NCBI GenBank assembly: GCA_944332525.1 | Contig: CALVKD010000022.1 | Location: 2,392-66,391, forward strand | Direction of reading: 5' to 3' | DNA from: an uncultured Bacilli bacterium | GTDB taxonomy: Bacteria; Bacillota_I; Bacilli_A; RFN20; CAG-449 | Length of the DNA: 64,000 nucleotides | Shown here: in pieces, positions 19,004 through 27,559 of the stretch | Layout: each line of letters begins with the position of its first letter | Numbering within the stretch: the stretch's first letter is position 1 | Translations under genes and position numbers: made by a program | The notes under the pieces: model-generated | What the model was told of the DNA's origin: nothing | The model's input: the letters and a program-made list of their open reading frames with translations, nothing else | Databases searched by the model: none

Positions 19004-20005
19004 TTATTCTTTCTTTTTTGAATTTATCGTTTTTTCATTTACTTTAATTTCGCCATTAAGGTTATCAATAACTTTCATGGTTCCTTCTTCAGTATCAGCT
19101 TCTTCTTTAGAAATAAATTTTCCGTTTTCGAATATATAGCGATATCCTTTATAAATTAATTCTTGATGAAATGTATTAGTTATTGATTCTTCAATATCAT
19201 CAAAGTCTTTGATTAAATCGGTTAAAAGCAAAGTTCTTTCTTGAATAGCTTTTTCATATTTGCTGCGGTAATGGTCAAACATGAAGTAGCAATAAATAAT
19301 CGCGATAATGGTAATTATTCCGGCACCTGATTGAAGAAAGATAATAAAGATTCCTACCATTGGAATTTTGGTACCAGTATACTTACCGACAATTTTATCA
19401 AATGTTAAATAATTTCCGTATTGCGATTGAGAATCATCGGTATTATTTGCATCGCCTTGAGTGAGAAAATGATATTGATTATCAACAATATCTATTCTGA
19501 CAACTCTATGAACGATTGTGACATTGTTATTGTTTTTAAAAGCGATTATATCATATAGTTTGATATCTTCGGGATTATTGACTTTTTTGATAGTTATTAC
19601 ATCATATGTTGCAATTTGGTTATTCAGATGGTTATCGATAAGATAGGTGTTTTCAGGATTCTTTTTTTCCATTGATCCTGAAGCGATAACAACGACTGAT
19701 GTATCATTAATCATCAAATTATCGTTAAAACGGTTGATGATAGAAAAAGTCAAAAATAAGAGAATAATGGCAAAAAGAATATAAGTTAAAGTTTTTCCTA
19801 ATATAGAAAATACTTTTTTTGTCTTACTTTTTGCTTTTTGCTCATCAATGATTGCTTGATCAATTAAACTGATGTCTTCTTTTCCTTCTTCAATATTAGC
19901 GATATTGTATTTAAAGTAATATCTAAATAATACGGTAAATACTGCTGAAAACGAAAGAAGGCAGATGAGAGTTACGACCAAGGATAAAATCTCAATGTTA
20001 CTCAT
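19004..20005 (-). CDS. sipW: Sec11/SipW-type (S26B, archaeal/ER-type) signal peptidase I with extra N-terminal TM segment and long C-terminal cytoplasmic tail
   Basis: Catalytic boxes VVIASGSMEKKNPEN (SGSME Ser box), TIVHRVV (His box) and LTQGDANNTDD (KGDNN-like box). Flanking TM helices. ORF-track TTG start at 20047 is replaced by the ATG at 20005, 2 nt after the upstream stop. Confidence 0.7.
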   Translation of the reverse strand: MSNIEILSLVVTLICLLSFSAVFTVLFRYYFKYNIANIEEGKEDISLIDQAIIDEQKAKSKTKKVFSILGKTLTYILFAIILLFLTFSIINRFNDNLMINDTSVVVIASGSMEKKNPENTYLIDNHLNNQIATYDVITIKKVNNPEDIKLYDIIAFKNNNNVTIVHRVVRIDIVDNQYHFLTQGDANNTDDSQSQYGNYLTFDKIVGKYTGTKIPMVGIFIIFLQSGAGIITIIAIIYCYFMFDHYRSKYEKAIQERTLLLTDLIKDFDDIEESITNTFHQELIYKGYRYIFENGKFISKEEADTEEGTMKVIDNLNGEIKVNEKTINSKKKE

Positions 20006-20621
20006 CGTCGTATACCGAAATTGCAAAGATTGAAGAATCTGCTGCAATATTTAAATAGCTAAGAATTTTCGATAAGTTATCATTAGGTGATATTTCCCCA
20101 TAGTTTAACTGACAGGAAATGTTTAAATAATAATCAGTATTAATAGAAACGTTACCATCGACAATTTTAAAAGTCATTGAATCGGCAGGAGTAGTTACTA
20201 TTGACGATGGAGAAAAAGTTACTAGACTGCTTTTCTCTCCGATATATTTAGAAATTGTTAAAGAAGTTTGCAAAGCATTGTTTTTCTGTAAATAGGTCGC
20301 ATTTAAATTTTGTAAATCAATATCAATATTAATTAAATTTAAATTCTCATTAGATAAAAAAGATACTGGTAAAGAAAATGTCATACTTGCAGAACTTATT
20401 GATCCTGTTTGCACTTCTTTTTCATAACGGTAACTAACTTTATTTGAAGTAATCGATAGAATTTTACTTTGGTTATTTTTAGTTTCAACAGTCGCGGCAT
20501 TAACTTGAAATGTTATATCTTGACTTTGATTACCTGTAGTTAACCAAGTTGAAAAGCCAACGCTGATTAGACTAAGCGTTGCAATAGCTAATATCAGATT
20601 GACTTTTCCTAACTTGATCAT
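19998..20621 (-). CDS. Small secreted protein with SipW-cognate-type signal peptide (TasA/CalY-like candidate), paralog 3
   Basis: N-terminus MIKLGKVNLILAIATLSLISVGFSTW. 207 aa, in the size range of camelysin/TasA proteins. Immediately upstream of the SipW-like peptidase. Confidence 0.5.
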   Translation of the reverse strand: MIKLGKVNLILAIATLSLISVGFSTWLTTGNQSQDITFQVNAATVETKNNQSKILSITSNKVSYRYEKEVQTGSISSASMTFSLPVSFLSNENLNLINIDIDLQNLNATYLQKNNALQTSLTISKYIGEKSSLVTFSPSSIVTTPADSMTFKIVDGNVSINTDYYLNISCQLNYGEISPNDNLSKILSYLNIAADSSIFAISVYDDE

Positions 20622-20632
20622 ATTGATTAATT

Positions 20633-21367
20633 TTATGCTGGAACGTATGAAGTTAATGTAATTGTAAATTTTTGACCATTTAAAGCTTTAAGTGCTTCTA
20701 ATGCGGTGATGACATCATCTAAATTGTCATCATTTGCAAATTTAGAAGGATTAAGATTGATTCCTTCAACTGCAAATGCACTTCCCCAAGCAAAAGAATA
20801 TGTCGCGGTGACTTTTAAGTCAGTATTACCGTCACCTGCTGCCTCAAATGTTAAACCGTTGCCTTCATCACCTGGAAGGGGTGTTCCGGTTTTATGTGCA
20901 AATAAACTAGTATTAGAATCAGTTAATGCGTTTCCATTTCTTTGAGGTGCGGTAATATAATTTTCCCCGATTAAATTGCTATAAGCAGATGGATTATCCC
21001 ATTTAATATAAACTCCGACATCCTTTGTAAAATTACCTTCGGCGTTTAATACATCGCTGATGGTAAAAGAAAAGTTAAAAGTTAAATCTTCATAACTTTC
21101 TCCGTCCCAAACAATCGGACCCTCATCATCATCTTTTTTTGCATCAAATACAATGTCTTGATCAGTTGAAGTAATTTCACTTATAACAAAGCGCTTATCG
21201 CTGACATCGCTAACGGATACGTTGAAATCATTAAATGTTTTGGTGCTTGTGCTTTGAATTACCCATGATGAAAAAGCTACTCCAACAAGAGAGACAGCAG
21301 CTAATCCAAAAAGAGAACCAGTAAGAATTTTAACTTTTGTCATTTTATTCATAATTAAATCCTCCAA
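20633..21367 (-). CDS. Small secreted protein with SipW-cognate-type signal peptide (TasA/CalY-like candidate), paralog 2
   Basis: N-terminus ...LVGVAFSSWVIQSTSTKTFNDF; compare TasA LVGGGTWAAFNDI and CalY IGGGTFAFFSD. Shares C-terminal motifs (FAWGSAF, ALNGQKFTITLTS) with paralog 1. Confidence 0.55.
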   Translation of the reverse strand: MEDLIMNKMTKVKILTGSLFGLAAVSLVGVAFSSWVIQSTSTKTFNDFNVSVSDVSDKRFVISEITSTDQDIVFDAKKDDDEGPIVWDGESYEDLTFNFSFTISDVLNAEGNFTKDVGVYIKWDNPSAYSNLIGENYITAPQRNGNALTDSNTSLFAHKTGTPLPGDEGNGLTFEAAGDGNTDLKVTATYSFAWGSAFAVEGINLNPSKFANDDNLDDVITALEALKALNGQKFTITLTSYVPA

Positions 21368-22153
21368 TTATTTTTTTTCGGCCACTACTTCGGCAGTGAG
21401 AGTTAGTTGTTTGCCATGGAGAGCAGTATGCAAAGCTTTAAGCTCTTGAGTAATTTTATTCGCGGCATCAGTTTCATCTTCATATGTCATTGAGTTATAG
21501 TAATTGGCCGGTGACATTTCGTTAAAGAAACTGCCCCAACGGAAATCAAGAACTTTACCTTGGAGAGTTATGACCGTTAAGGCTCCATCAGTTGCCGTTT
21601 CTTGATTTGTTAAGTCAATTTCTGCTGGGGCGGCAAGATATTCCCAAGAATCGTTGGCTTCTAAGCCAGTTGATGACATAGCAGTTTTTTGAGTTACGCG
21701 TGAATCACCTAATAAATTCTCTTCATCTTGCGTAAGGTTAGGAGTGTTGACAGCATAAGTACTGTCGTCATATTTCAAAGAGAATTTTAAAGTTAGATTT
21801 TGTGTTCCTTTATCAAAAAATTCTGAACCATATTTTAATGTAATATCCGCGGTAACCTGTAATGCTGTTGGGTCAAAAGCTCCTTCGTCGGTTTTAACTA
21901 AATTACTATCATTTTCTGTGAGCTTAACATTTTCTTTAAGCTCTATGAGACTATCTGTTAGTGATACAGAAAAATCAACAGAAGTATTCTTTACTGTATC
22001 AACGTTGATTGTGGCTGTTGCGTCATCGGTATTATTATTGACTCCAACAATATAGGTTGCAAAACCTGTTGTCAGCAACGCAACTCCGGCAAAGGCCATA
22101 ATGCCGGTAACTACCCATTTTCTCCTGGTAGTCAGGTTTGTTTGCTTTTTCAT
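21368..22153 (-). CDS. Small secreted protein with SipW-cognate-type signal peptide (TasA/CalY-like candidate), paralog 1; first gene of the operon
   Basis: N-terminus KWVVTGIMAFAGVALLTTGFATY. 261 aa. FRWGSFF and ALHGKQLTLTAEV are paralogous to gene 20633-21367. Confidence 0.5.
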   Translation of the reverse strand: MKKQTNLTTRRKWVVTGIMAFAGVALLTTGFATYIVGVNNNTDDATATINVDTVKNTSVDFSVSLTDSLIELKENVKLTENDSNLVKTDEGAFDPTALQVTADITLKYGSEFFDKGTQNLTLKFSLKYDDSTYAVNTPNLTQDEENLLGDSRVTQKTAMSSTGLEANDSWEYLAAPAEIDLTNQETATDGALTVITLQGKVLDFRWGSFFNEMSPANYYNSMTYEDETDAANKITQELKALHTALHGKQLTLTAEVVAEKK

Positions 22154-22183
22154 TAATATAATTTTCCTTTCGTTTGCTTAATT

Positions 22184-22200
22184 ATAACATACTTTTTTGC
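22184..22200 (-). promoter_or_regulatory. Candidate extended -10 promoter (TGTTATAAT on minus strand) for the 11-gene operon
   Basis: Reverse complement of 22191-22199 is TGTTATAAT, about 38 nt upstream of the ATG at 22153. It lies in a 310-bp AT-rich divergent intergenic region, with an AAAGGA RBS in between. Confidence 0.35.
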
Positions 22201-22477
22201 ATGTAAATATTTAATATAAAAAGATAATATTAGAAATATGCATAAATAATATAATATATGAAAAAAAATACAAATTATATTGCAAAATTATGCTTAATTT
22301 TTGCTTGAAATTAGAAATATATAAAAACAATATATTTTTGAATTCAATATAAATTTTATAATAATGTAATATTGTTATTATTTTGTGCTGCTTTAGACAC
22401 TATTTAAGAAAAAAAGTTCGTTTTTGATTAAAAAAAATGATAATTAATTTAAAATATATTAAGGAATGGTTGCCTTT

Positions 22478-24001
22478 ATGAAAAAGATTATTGGGATTTT
22501 GTGCTTAGGAATTTTTATTTTCCTTTCTTCAATAATAATCTATGAAGCATCACTAAATGGAAATGCCTCTTCTTCAAAAAGCGGTTTTTTAACCTCTTTA
22601 TTTGATTTTGGACCAAAAGAAGCAGAAATAGTCCCTCTAGACAAGATAACTATCAATAATGATTCTGAATTATACATAGGTGAAAATGAATCATTAAATA
22701 TTTCGTTTTATCCAGAAAACGCTTCGGACAAGAGAATAAAAGTTATCAGTTCAAATAAAGATGTTTTATCAGTAAGCAACAACCAATTACATCCTTTAAA
22801 AGCAGGAGCATCGATAATTACTGTGATATCTGAGGAAAATAATCAAATAAAAACAGAAGTAACTTTTGAAGTTAAAGAGAAAAAAGTGGAGACATTATCT
22901 CTAAATTTGCCTGATACTTTAAAAGAGGGAAATAGTTATTTTTTAAGAGCTTCAAGTAACCTAGGAGAAATAAGTTTCACCAATTTGCAATTTGAATTTG
23001 ATGATGAATATTACTCTTTTAACCAAACTAACAATGTTTTAACCTGCCTAAAATCTGGATCCGGTAATATTGCTTTAACATATTTATTAGATTCTAATAT
23101 AAAATTTAACAAAAATTATCTTATCGAAAATCAAATATATAAGCAAGTTAACCATTTTAACTTTACTTTACCAGATGAAATTTATGTCGGTGATCACCTT
23201 AACGGAGAGTTTTCTTTTAATGATGATGCAACTCAAAAAGACTATGTTTGTTCATTAGATGGTCAGCTTTTTTATAATGAACTTCCGATTGTTTCAAATT
23301 TGCAATCGTATAATTTAGAAATTATTCCGTTAGGTAATATGTCATTAACAAAGAAATATCAAATTAATCCTTTAGAAGTAAAAGCTAAAGAAATAATTAT
23401 TAATACTTCCACTTTAACCTATGGTAAGAATGAAAAATTATCATACGCGGTGGTTAGTCAGCTAGCAAACCGCGCGGTAACTTTTAATGAAGTTACATTT
23501 ACTTCTTCTGATGAAAGCATATTAAAAATTGATGAAGGCGGAAATATGATTGCTTTTAAAAAAGGCCAAGTAACAATAACTGTCACATTAAAAAAAGATC
23601 CATCAATTTCTCAAAAAGGTACAATTACTATAACTTCACTAGATGAAAATACCTTCAATGAAATTAATCATGTCATTAGAAAACTAGTGGGGCATTTCGG
23701 ATTATTCTTAGTTACTGGTTTAAGCGGAATTGCCGGTTTATATTTAATATTTGAGAAAAAAATTAATAAAAAAATTGTGATTATTTCTGTGATAATATAC
23801 GGAATATATGGCTTAACTTTAGCTATTATTTCTGAGCTTGTTCAACTAACTGCGAATAACCGCGGACCAGGAATTAATGATGTTTTAATTGATTACTCCG
23901 GCTATCTTGCGGGAATTTTAATATTTTTATCAATAATATTTATTTGTTATTTTGTTAAAAAGAAAAAATCAATGAAGAATAAAGAATTAAATTCTCTCTA
24001 A
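22478..24001 (+). CDS. Surface protein with Big_2-like Ig domains and a C-terminal VanZ-like membrane domain
   Basis: Signal/TM at the N-terminus. Central beta-rich repeats (SVSNNQLHPLKAGASIITVISEEN...). C-terminal 4-TM VanZ-like segment (HFGLFLVTGLSG...NNRGPGINDVLIDYSGYLAGI). ATG at 22478 is preferred over 22466, which abuts the RBS. Confidence 0.5.
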   Translation: MKKIIGILCLGIFIFLSSIIIYEASLNGNASSSKSGFLTSLFDFGPKEAEIVPLDKITINNDSELYIGENESLNISFYPENASDKRIKVISSNKDVLSVSNNQLHPLKAGASIITVISEENNQIKTEVTFEVKEKKVETLSLNLPDTLKEGNSYFLRASSNLGEISFTNLQFEFDDEYYSFNQTNNVLTCLKSGSGNIALTYLLDSNIKFNKNYLIENQIYKQVNHFNFTLPDEIYVGDHLNGEFSFNDDATQKDYVCSLDGQLFYNELPIVSNLQSYNLEIIPLGNMSLTKKYQINPLEVKAKEIIINTSTLTYGKNEKLSYAVVSQLANRAVTFNEVTFTSSDESILKIDEGGNMIAFKKGQVTITVTLKKDPSISQKGTITITSLDENTFNEINHVIRKLVGHFGLFLVTGLSGIAGLYLIFEKKINKKIVIISVIIYGIYGLTLAIISELVQLTANNRGPGINDVLIDYSGYLAGILIFLSIIFICYFVKKKKSMKNKELNSL

Positions 24002-24541
24002 AAAGTCAGGATTTTTCCGATTCTTTTTAATTAATTTAAATGTTTCTTTTTCACCATGGTCTTTTAAATATGTCAAAAGATAATTTAATTGATTTCTTGT
24101 TTTTTGATGCATATTAGCGTATTTATCTTTTGTTAAGAAATATTCTAACGGCTTAGAATCATCATATTTTTTACCCATATAGACTTTGCTTGCGGCAATT
24201 CTGTCACAAAACGATTCAATCAGATATTGACGCGGCATCGGGAATGGAAGATAAGCATGTTGAGACGGAACGTAGTCGAACCAATATTCATAGTGATGAC
24301 GATTTCTGCCTTTATGGTGCATCCACGCTTCAGAATAACCTTTATCCTCCCTCTCCGCAGTTGTCGGTGAGCGATAGCCTTGATAATATTTAACCGAATT
24401 CAAAAATTCTGTCGGAGAATATTTACTTAAATCATGTAAAAGTCCACGGCGGTAATATCCGCAGCGGAAACAATGCTTCATAACGAGGAAGCGGTGTTTA
24501 TTAACTGTATGTAGATGTTTAAAAAAGTTAATTAATTTCAT
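23987..24541 (-). CDS. Hypothetical protein (possible HD-like metal-dependent hydrolase)
   Basis: HDLSK and HHKGRNRHH motifs. No confident family assignment. Confidence 0.3.
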   Translation of the reverse strand: MKLINFFKHLHTVNKHRFLVMKHCFRCGYYRRGLLHDLSKYSPTEFLNSVKYYQGYRSPTTAEREDKGYSEAWMHHKGRNRHHYEYWFDYVPSQHAYLPFPMPRQYLIESFCDRIAASKVYMGKKYDDSKPLEYFLTKDKYANMHQKTRNQLNYLLTYLKDHGEKETFKLIKKNRKNPDFLERI

Positions 24542-24670
24542 ACTTTAATTATCATAGCACTTTTTATTAATTTAACAGCAAGAAAATATCAGCGTTATAC
24601 CCTTTTTGAAGTTTAATAGCCTAGCAATTTCTCTTTAATTTAATTGTAAAAATATGTAAAATATCAATAT

Positions 24671-25228
24671 ATGAAAAAATATTTAATTATTTCTGACATT
24701 CATGGAGCAGCAGAGCCACTTGAAAAATGTTTAAAAATTTTTCGAGATGAGAAACTTGATAAAATCATCTGCTTAGGTGATCTTCTTTATCATGGCCCAC
24801 GTAATGATCTACCAAAATCCTATAATCCCAAAAAAGTTGTGAGTTTGCTAACTACACTAGTTGAAGAAAAGAAAATTATTTGGGTTCAGGGTAACTGCGA
24901 CGCGGAAGTTGATGAAATGGTAATGAATATGAAATTCAAAAAACGTTATACAATTCACCTTCCGGATCATAAAGTCATTTTCTCGCATGGCCATCATCTT
25001 TCGCGGTTTGATCCAGATATTAATTTAAATAATGGTGATGTTGTTGTATATGGTCATTATCACGTTTTAAATTTAACTGATAACAATGGGGTTACTTATC
25101 TAAATATCGGTTCAACATCGATTCCTAAAGATGAGCATGCTCAATTTGCTATTTTCCGTGATGAAGTTATTTCTGTTTATGATTTAAATACAATGGAGCC
25201 TTTACTTAAACTCGACCTTTCAGTTTAG
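24671..25228 (+). CDS. YfcE/MJ0936-family metallophosphoesterase
   Basis: DIHG, GDLLYHGP, GNCD, SHGH and GHYHV motifs in the canonical order. Confidence 0.8.
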   Translation: MKKYLIISDIHGAAEPLEKCLKIFRDEKLDKIICLGDLLYHGPRNDLPKSYNPKKVVSLLTTLVEEKKIIWVQGNCDAEVDEMVMNMKFKKRYTIHLPDHKVIFSHGHHLSRFDPDINLNNGDVVVYGHYHVLNLTDNNGVTYLNIGSTSIPKDEHAQFAIFRDEVISVYDLNTMEPLLKLDLSV

Positions 25229-25289
25229 AGAAATAAGCCTTAACTATCAATAATAAATGCATTATTATTGAATAGAGAGGTTTTTTATT

Positions 25290-25592
25290 ATGTGGGAAAA
25301 TGTTAAGACCAGCCGTAATACTGTAATTCTTTCCTTAAGTTATGAGGATTTCGCGACAATCCAAGTGGAAAAAAGAATGCGGAATAACGGAATGATTGAA
25401 TATGAAATTTCTTTTCATATCGAAGATGTCCACGATTCAATTATCAGCTGCTTTAAGTTAGAAGACGTTGAAAAGATTCTTAAAGTAAGCAAATCACTTA
25501 TTGAAAATCTTTATGATGAAATTGATGGGATGGATGATATTGAAATTGATGAATGGATTGAAGATTTTGAAGACCAAGTAAACGATTTTTAG
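25290..25592 (+). CDS. Small acidic hypothetical protein
   Basis: ORF with an RBS. Asp/Glu-rich C-terminus. Precedes an ATP-grasp gene by 16 nt. Confidence 0.35.
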   Translation: MWENVKTSRNTVILSLSYEDFATIQVEKRMRNNGMIEYEISFHIEDVHDSIISCFKLEDVEKILKVSKSLIENLYDEIDGMDDIEIDEWIEDFEDQVNDF

Positions 25593-25608
25593 TAAGAGGG
25601 GATAAACT

Positions 25609-26802
25609 ATGAATTTTGTTTTTATTTCACCAAATTTTCCGGATAATTATTATTTATTTTGCCGGGGATTAAAAAATAATGGGGTTAATGTTTTAGGCAT
25701 TGGTGATACACCTTATAATGCATTAAGCGATAATGTTAAAGCAAACCTAACTGAGTATTATTATGTTCACAGCTTAGAAAATTATGATGAAAAATTAAGA
25801 GCAGTTGCTTTCTTTACGTTTAAGTACGGAAAAATTGATTTTATTGAATCAAATAATGAATATTGGTTAGCTAGCGATGCTCAGTTACGTACTGATTTTA
25901 ATGTGACAACTGGGCCAAAAGCAGATGAGATTCGCTATTTTAGAAGTAAAACAGCGATGAAAGAAGATTATGCAAAAGCCAACGTTAAAACCGCGCGTTA
26001 CCATATTCCTAGCACGATTGATAAAGCTAAAGAGTTTATCAAGGAGGTCGGCTACCCAGTTATCGTGAAGCCAGATGACGGAGTAGGGGCTATTAAAACT
26101 TATAAAATTACTAATGATCAAGAATTAATTACTTTCTTCCAATCATTCAATCCTAAGCAGCCATACATCATGGAAGAATTTGTCGAGGGTGATTTAATTT
26201 CTTTTGACGGAATTTGTGATAGCCATGGAAATGTAGTCATTCCAACCCACCACGTTTTCCCAAATCAAATAATGGATGTTGTGAATAATCTTACCGATGT
26301 CTTTTACTATACTAATAAAGAAATCCCTCAAGATTTATATGAAGCTGGTCAACGCGTATTACTCGCATTTAAAGCTAAATCGCGTTTTTATCATTTAGAA
26401 TTTTTCCGTCTAACAAAAGATAAAATTGGTTTAGGTAAAAAAGGTGATTTAATCGGACTTGAAGTCAATATGCGCGTCCCAGGAGGATATACCCCTGACA
26501 TGATTGACTATGCTTATCAAATGGATATTTATCAAGCTTGGGCCGATGTTATTTGCTACGACCATAATAATCAATATATTCCTTTGAAAAAGAAATACTG
26601 CGCTTTCTATGGACGTCGCCGCTTTAATAAGTATAAACATAAAGATAAAGATGTCTTGAAAAAATATCTGCGTAATTTAATGATGTTCCAAGAGATGCCA
26701 CGTGCTTTATCTGATGCGATGGGTGACTATTTCTATATATGCACATTTGACACACTTGAAGAAATGACGTCTTTCCGCGCATATTTAAGCGAAAGAGAGT
26801 AA
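25609..26802 (+). CDS. ATP-grasp domain protein (carboxylate-amine ligase-like)
   Basis: Central IVKPDDGVGAIKTY, ATP-grasp B-domain-like region and later E/N-rich loops. Specificity unknown. Confidence 0.5.
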   Translation: MNFVFISPNFPDNYYLFCRGLKNNGVNVLGIGDTPYNALSDNVKANLTEYYYVHSLENYDEKLRAVAFFTFKYGKIDFIESNNEYWLASDAQLRTDFNVTTGPKADEIRYFRSKTAMKEDYAKANVKTARYHIPSTIDKAKEFIKEVGYPVIVKPDDGVGAIKTYKITNDQELITFFQSFNPKQPYIMEEFVEGDLISFDGICDSHGNVVIPTHHVFPNQIMDVVNNLTDVFYYTNKEIPQDLYEAGQRVLLAFKAKSRFYHLEFFRLTKDKIGLGKKGDLIGLEVNMRVPGGYTPDMIDYAYQMDIYQAWADVICYDHNNQYIPLKKKYCAFYGRRRFNKYKHKDKDVLKKYLRNLMMFQEMPRALSDAMGDYFYICTFDTLEEMTSFRAYLSERE

Positions 26803-26823
26803 GATAATAAGAGAGGTATAATT

Positions 26824-27477
26824 ATGAAACTATTTATCGATACAGCAATCACTGAAGAAATTAGAGAAGCTGCTAGCTATGGAATTATTTCCGGCGTTAC
26901 GACTAATCCATCATTATTAGCTAAAAGCGGCAGAAAATTAGAAGATGTCATTGAAGAAATTACCACGTTAGTAAATGGTCCAATCTCCGCGGAAGTCACT
27001 GAAGCTGATGCTGAAACGATGTATAATCAGGCTAAGCAAATCGTTAAAGAAATTAATAATGAAAATATAACCATCAAATTACCGATGACTATCGATGGAA
27101 TTAAGGTTTGTAAAAAATTGTCTTCAGAGGGAATTAAAACTAACGTAACTTTAATTTTCTCGGTTCCTCAAGCTATTTTAGCTATGGAAGCTGGAGCAAC
27201 CTTTATTTCTCCATTTATGGGAAGAATGGATGACCGTTATGATTCGCATGATGCCGGTTATAATTTAATTGAAGAAATTGATGAAGTCAGAAGAATTTAT
27301 GGATATAAATCTAAAATTATCGCTGCTTCAATCAGAAATGTTGAACACGTCAAAGAAGCTGCTCTCGCCGGAGCGGATATCGCAACAATTCCGTTTAAAG
27401 TCATTAAGCAGATGTATGAGCATCCATTAACCACTTCTGGTTTAGCAACATTTAAAAAAGACGCAGAAGGAAAGTAA
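26824..27477 (+). CDS. Fructose-6-phosphate aldolase / short transaldolase (TalC/FSA family)
   Basis: MKLFIDTA...GVTTNPSL N-terminus and 217-aa length are typical of FSA/TalC. Confidence 0.8.
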   Translation: MKLFIDTAITEEIREAASYGIISGVTTNPSLLAKSGRKLEDVIEEITTLVNGPISAEVTEADAETMYNQAKQIVKEINNENITIKLPMTIDGIKVCKKLSSEGIKTNVTLIFSVPQAILAMEAGATFISPFMGRMDDRYDSHDAGYNLIEEIDEVRRIYGYKSKIIAASIRNVEHVKEAALAGADIATIPFKVIKQMYEHPLTTSGLATFKKDAEGK

Positions 27478-27559
27478 ATAATAAGACCCTTTCTCTTAAC
27501 TTGATTTTATTATATCTAGTATGATAAAACATTGAGTTGTAAGAGAAAGGTCTTTTTTT

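Noticed and set aside
22154-22465. 310-bp extremely AT-rich intergenic region, considered as a possible repeat, CRISPR leader or small RNA locus
   Set aside because: No repeated spacer-repeat periodicity and no stable structured element found. It is most simply a divergent promoter region for the large minus-strand operon and the Big_2/VanZ gene.
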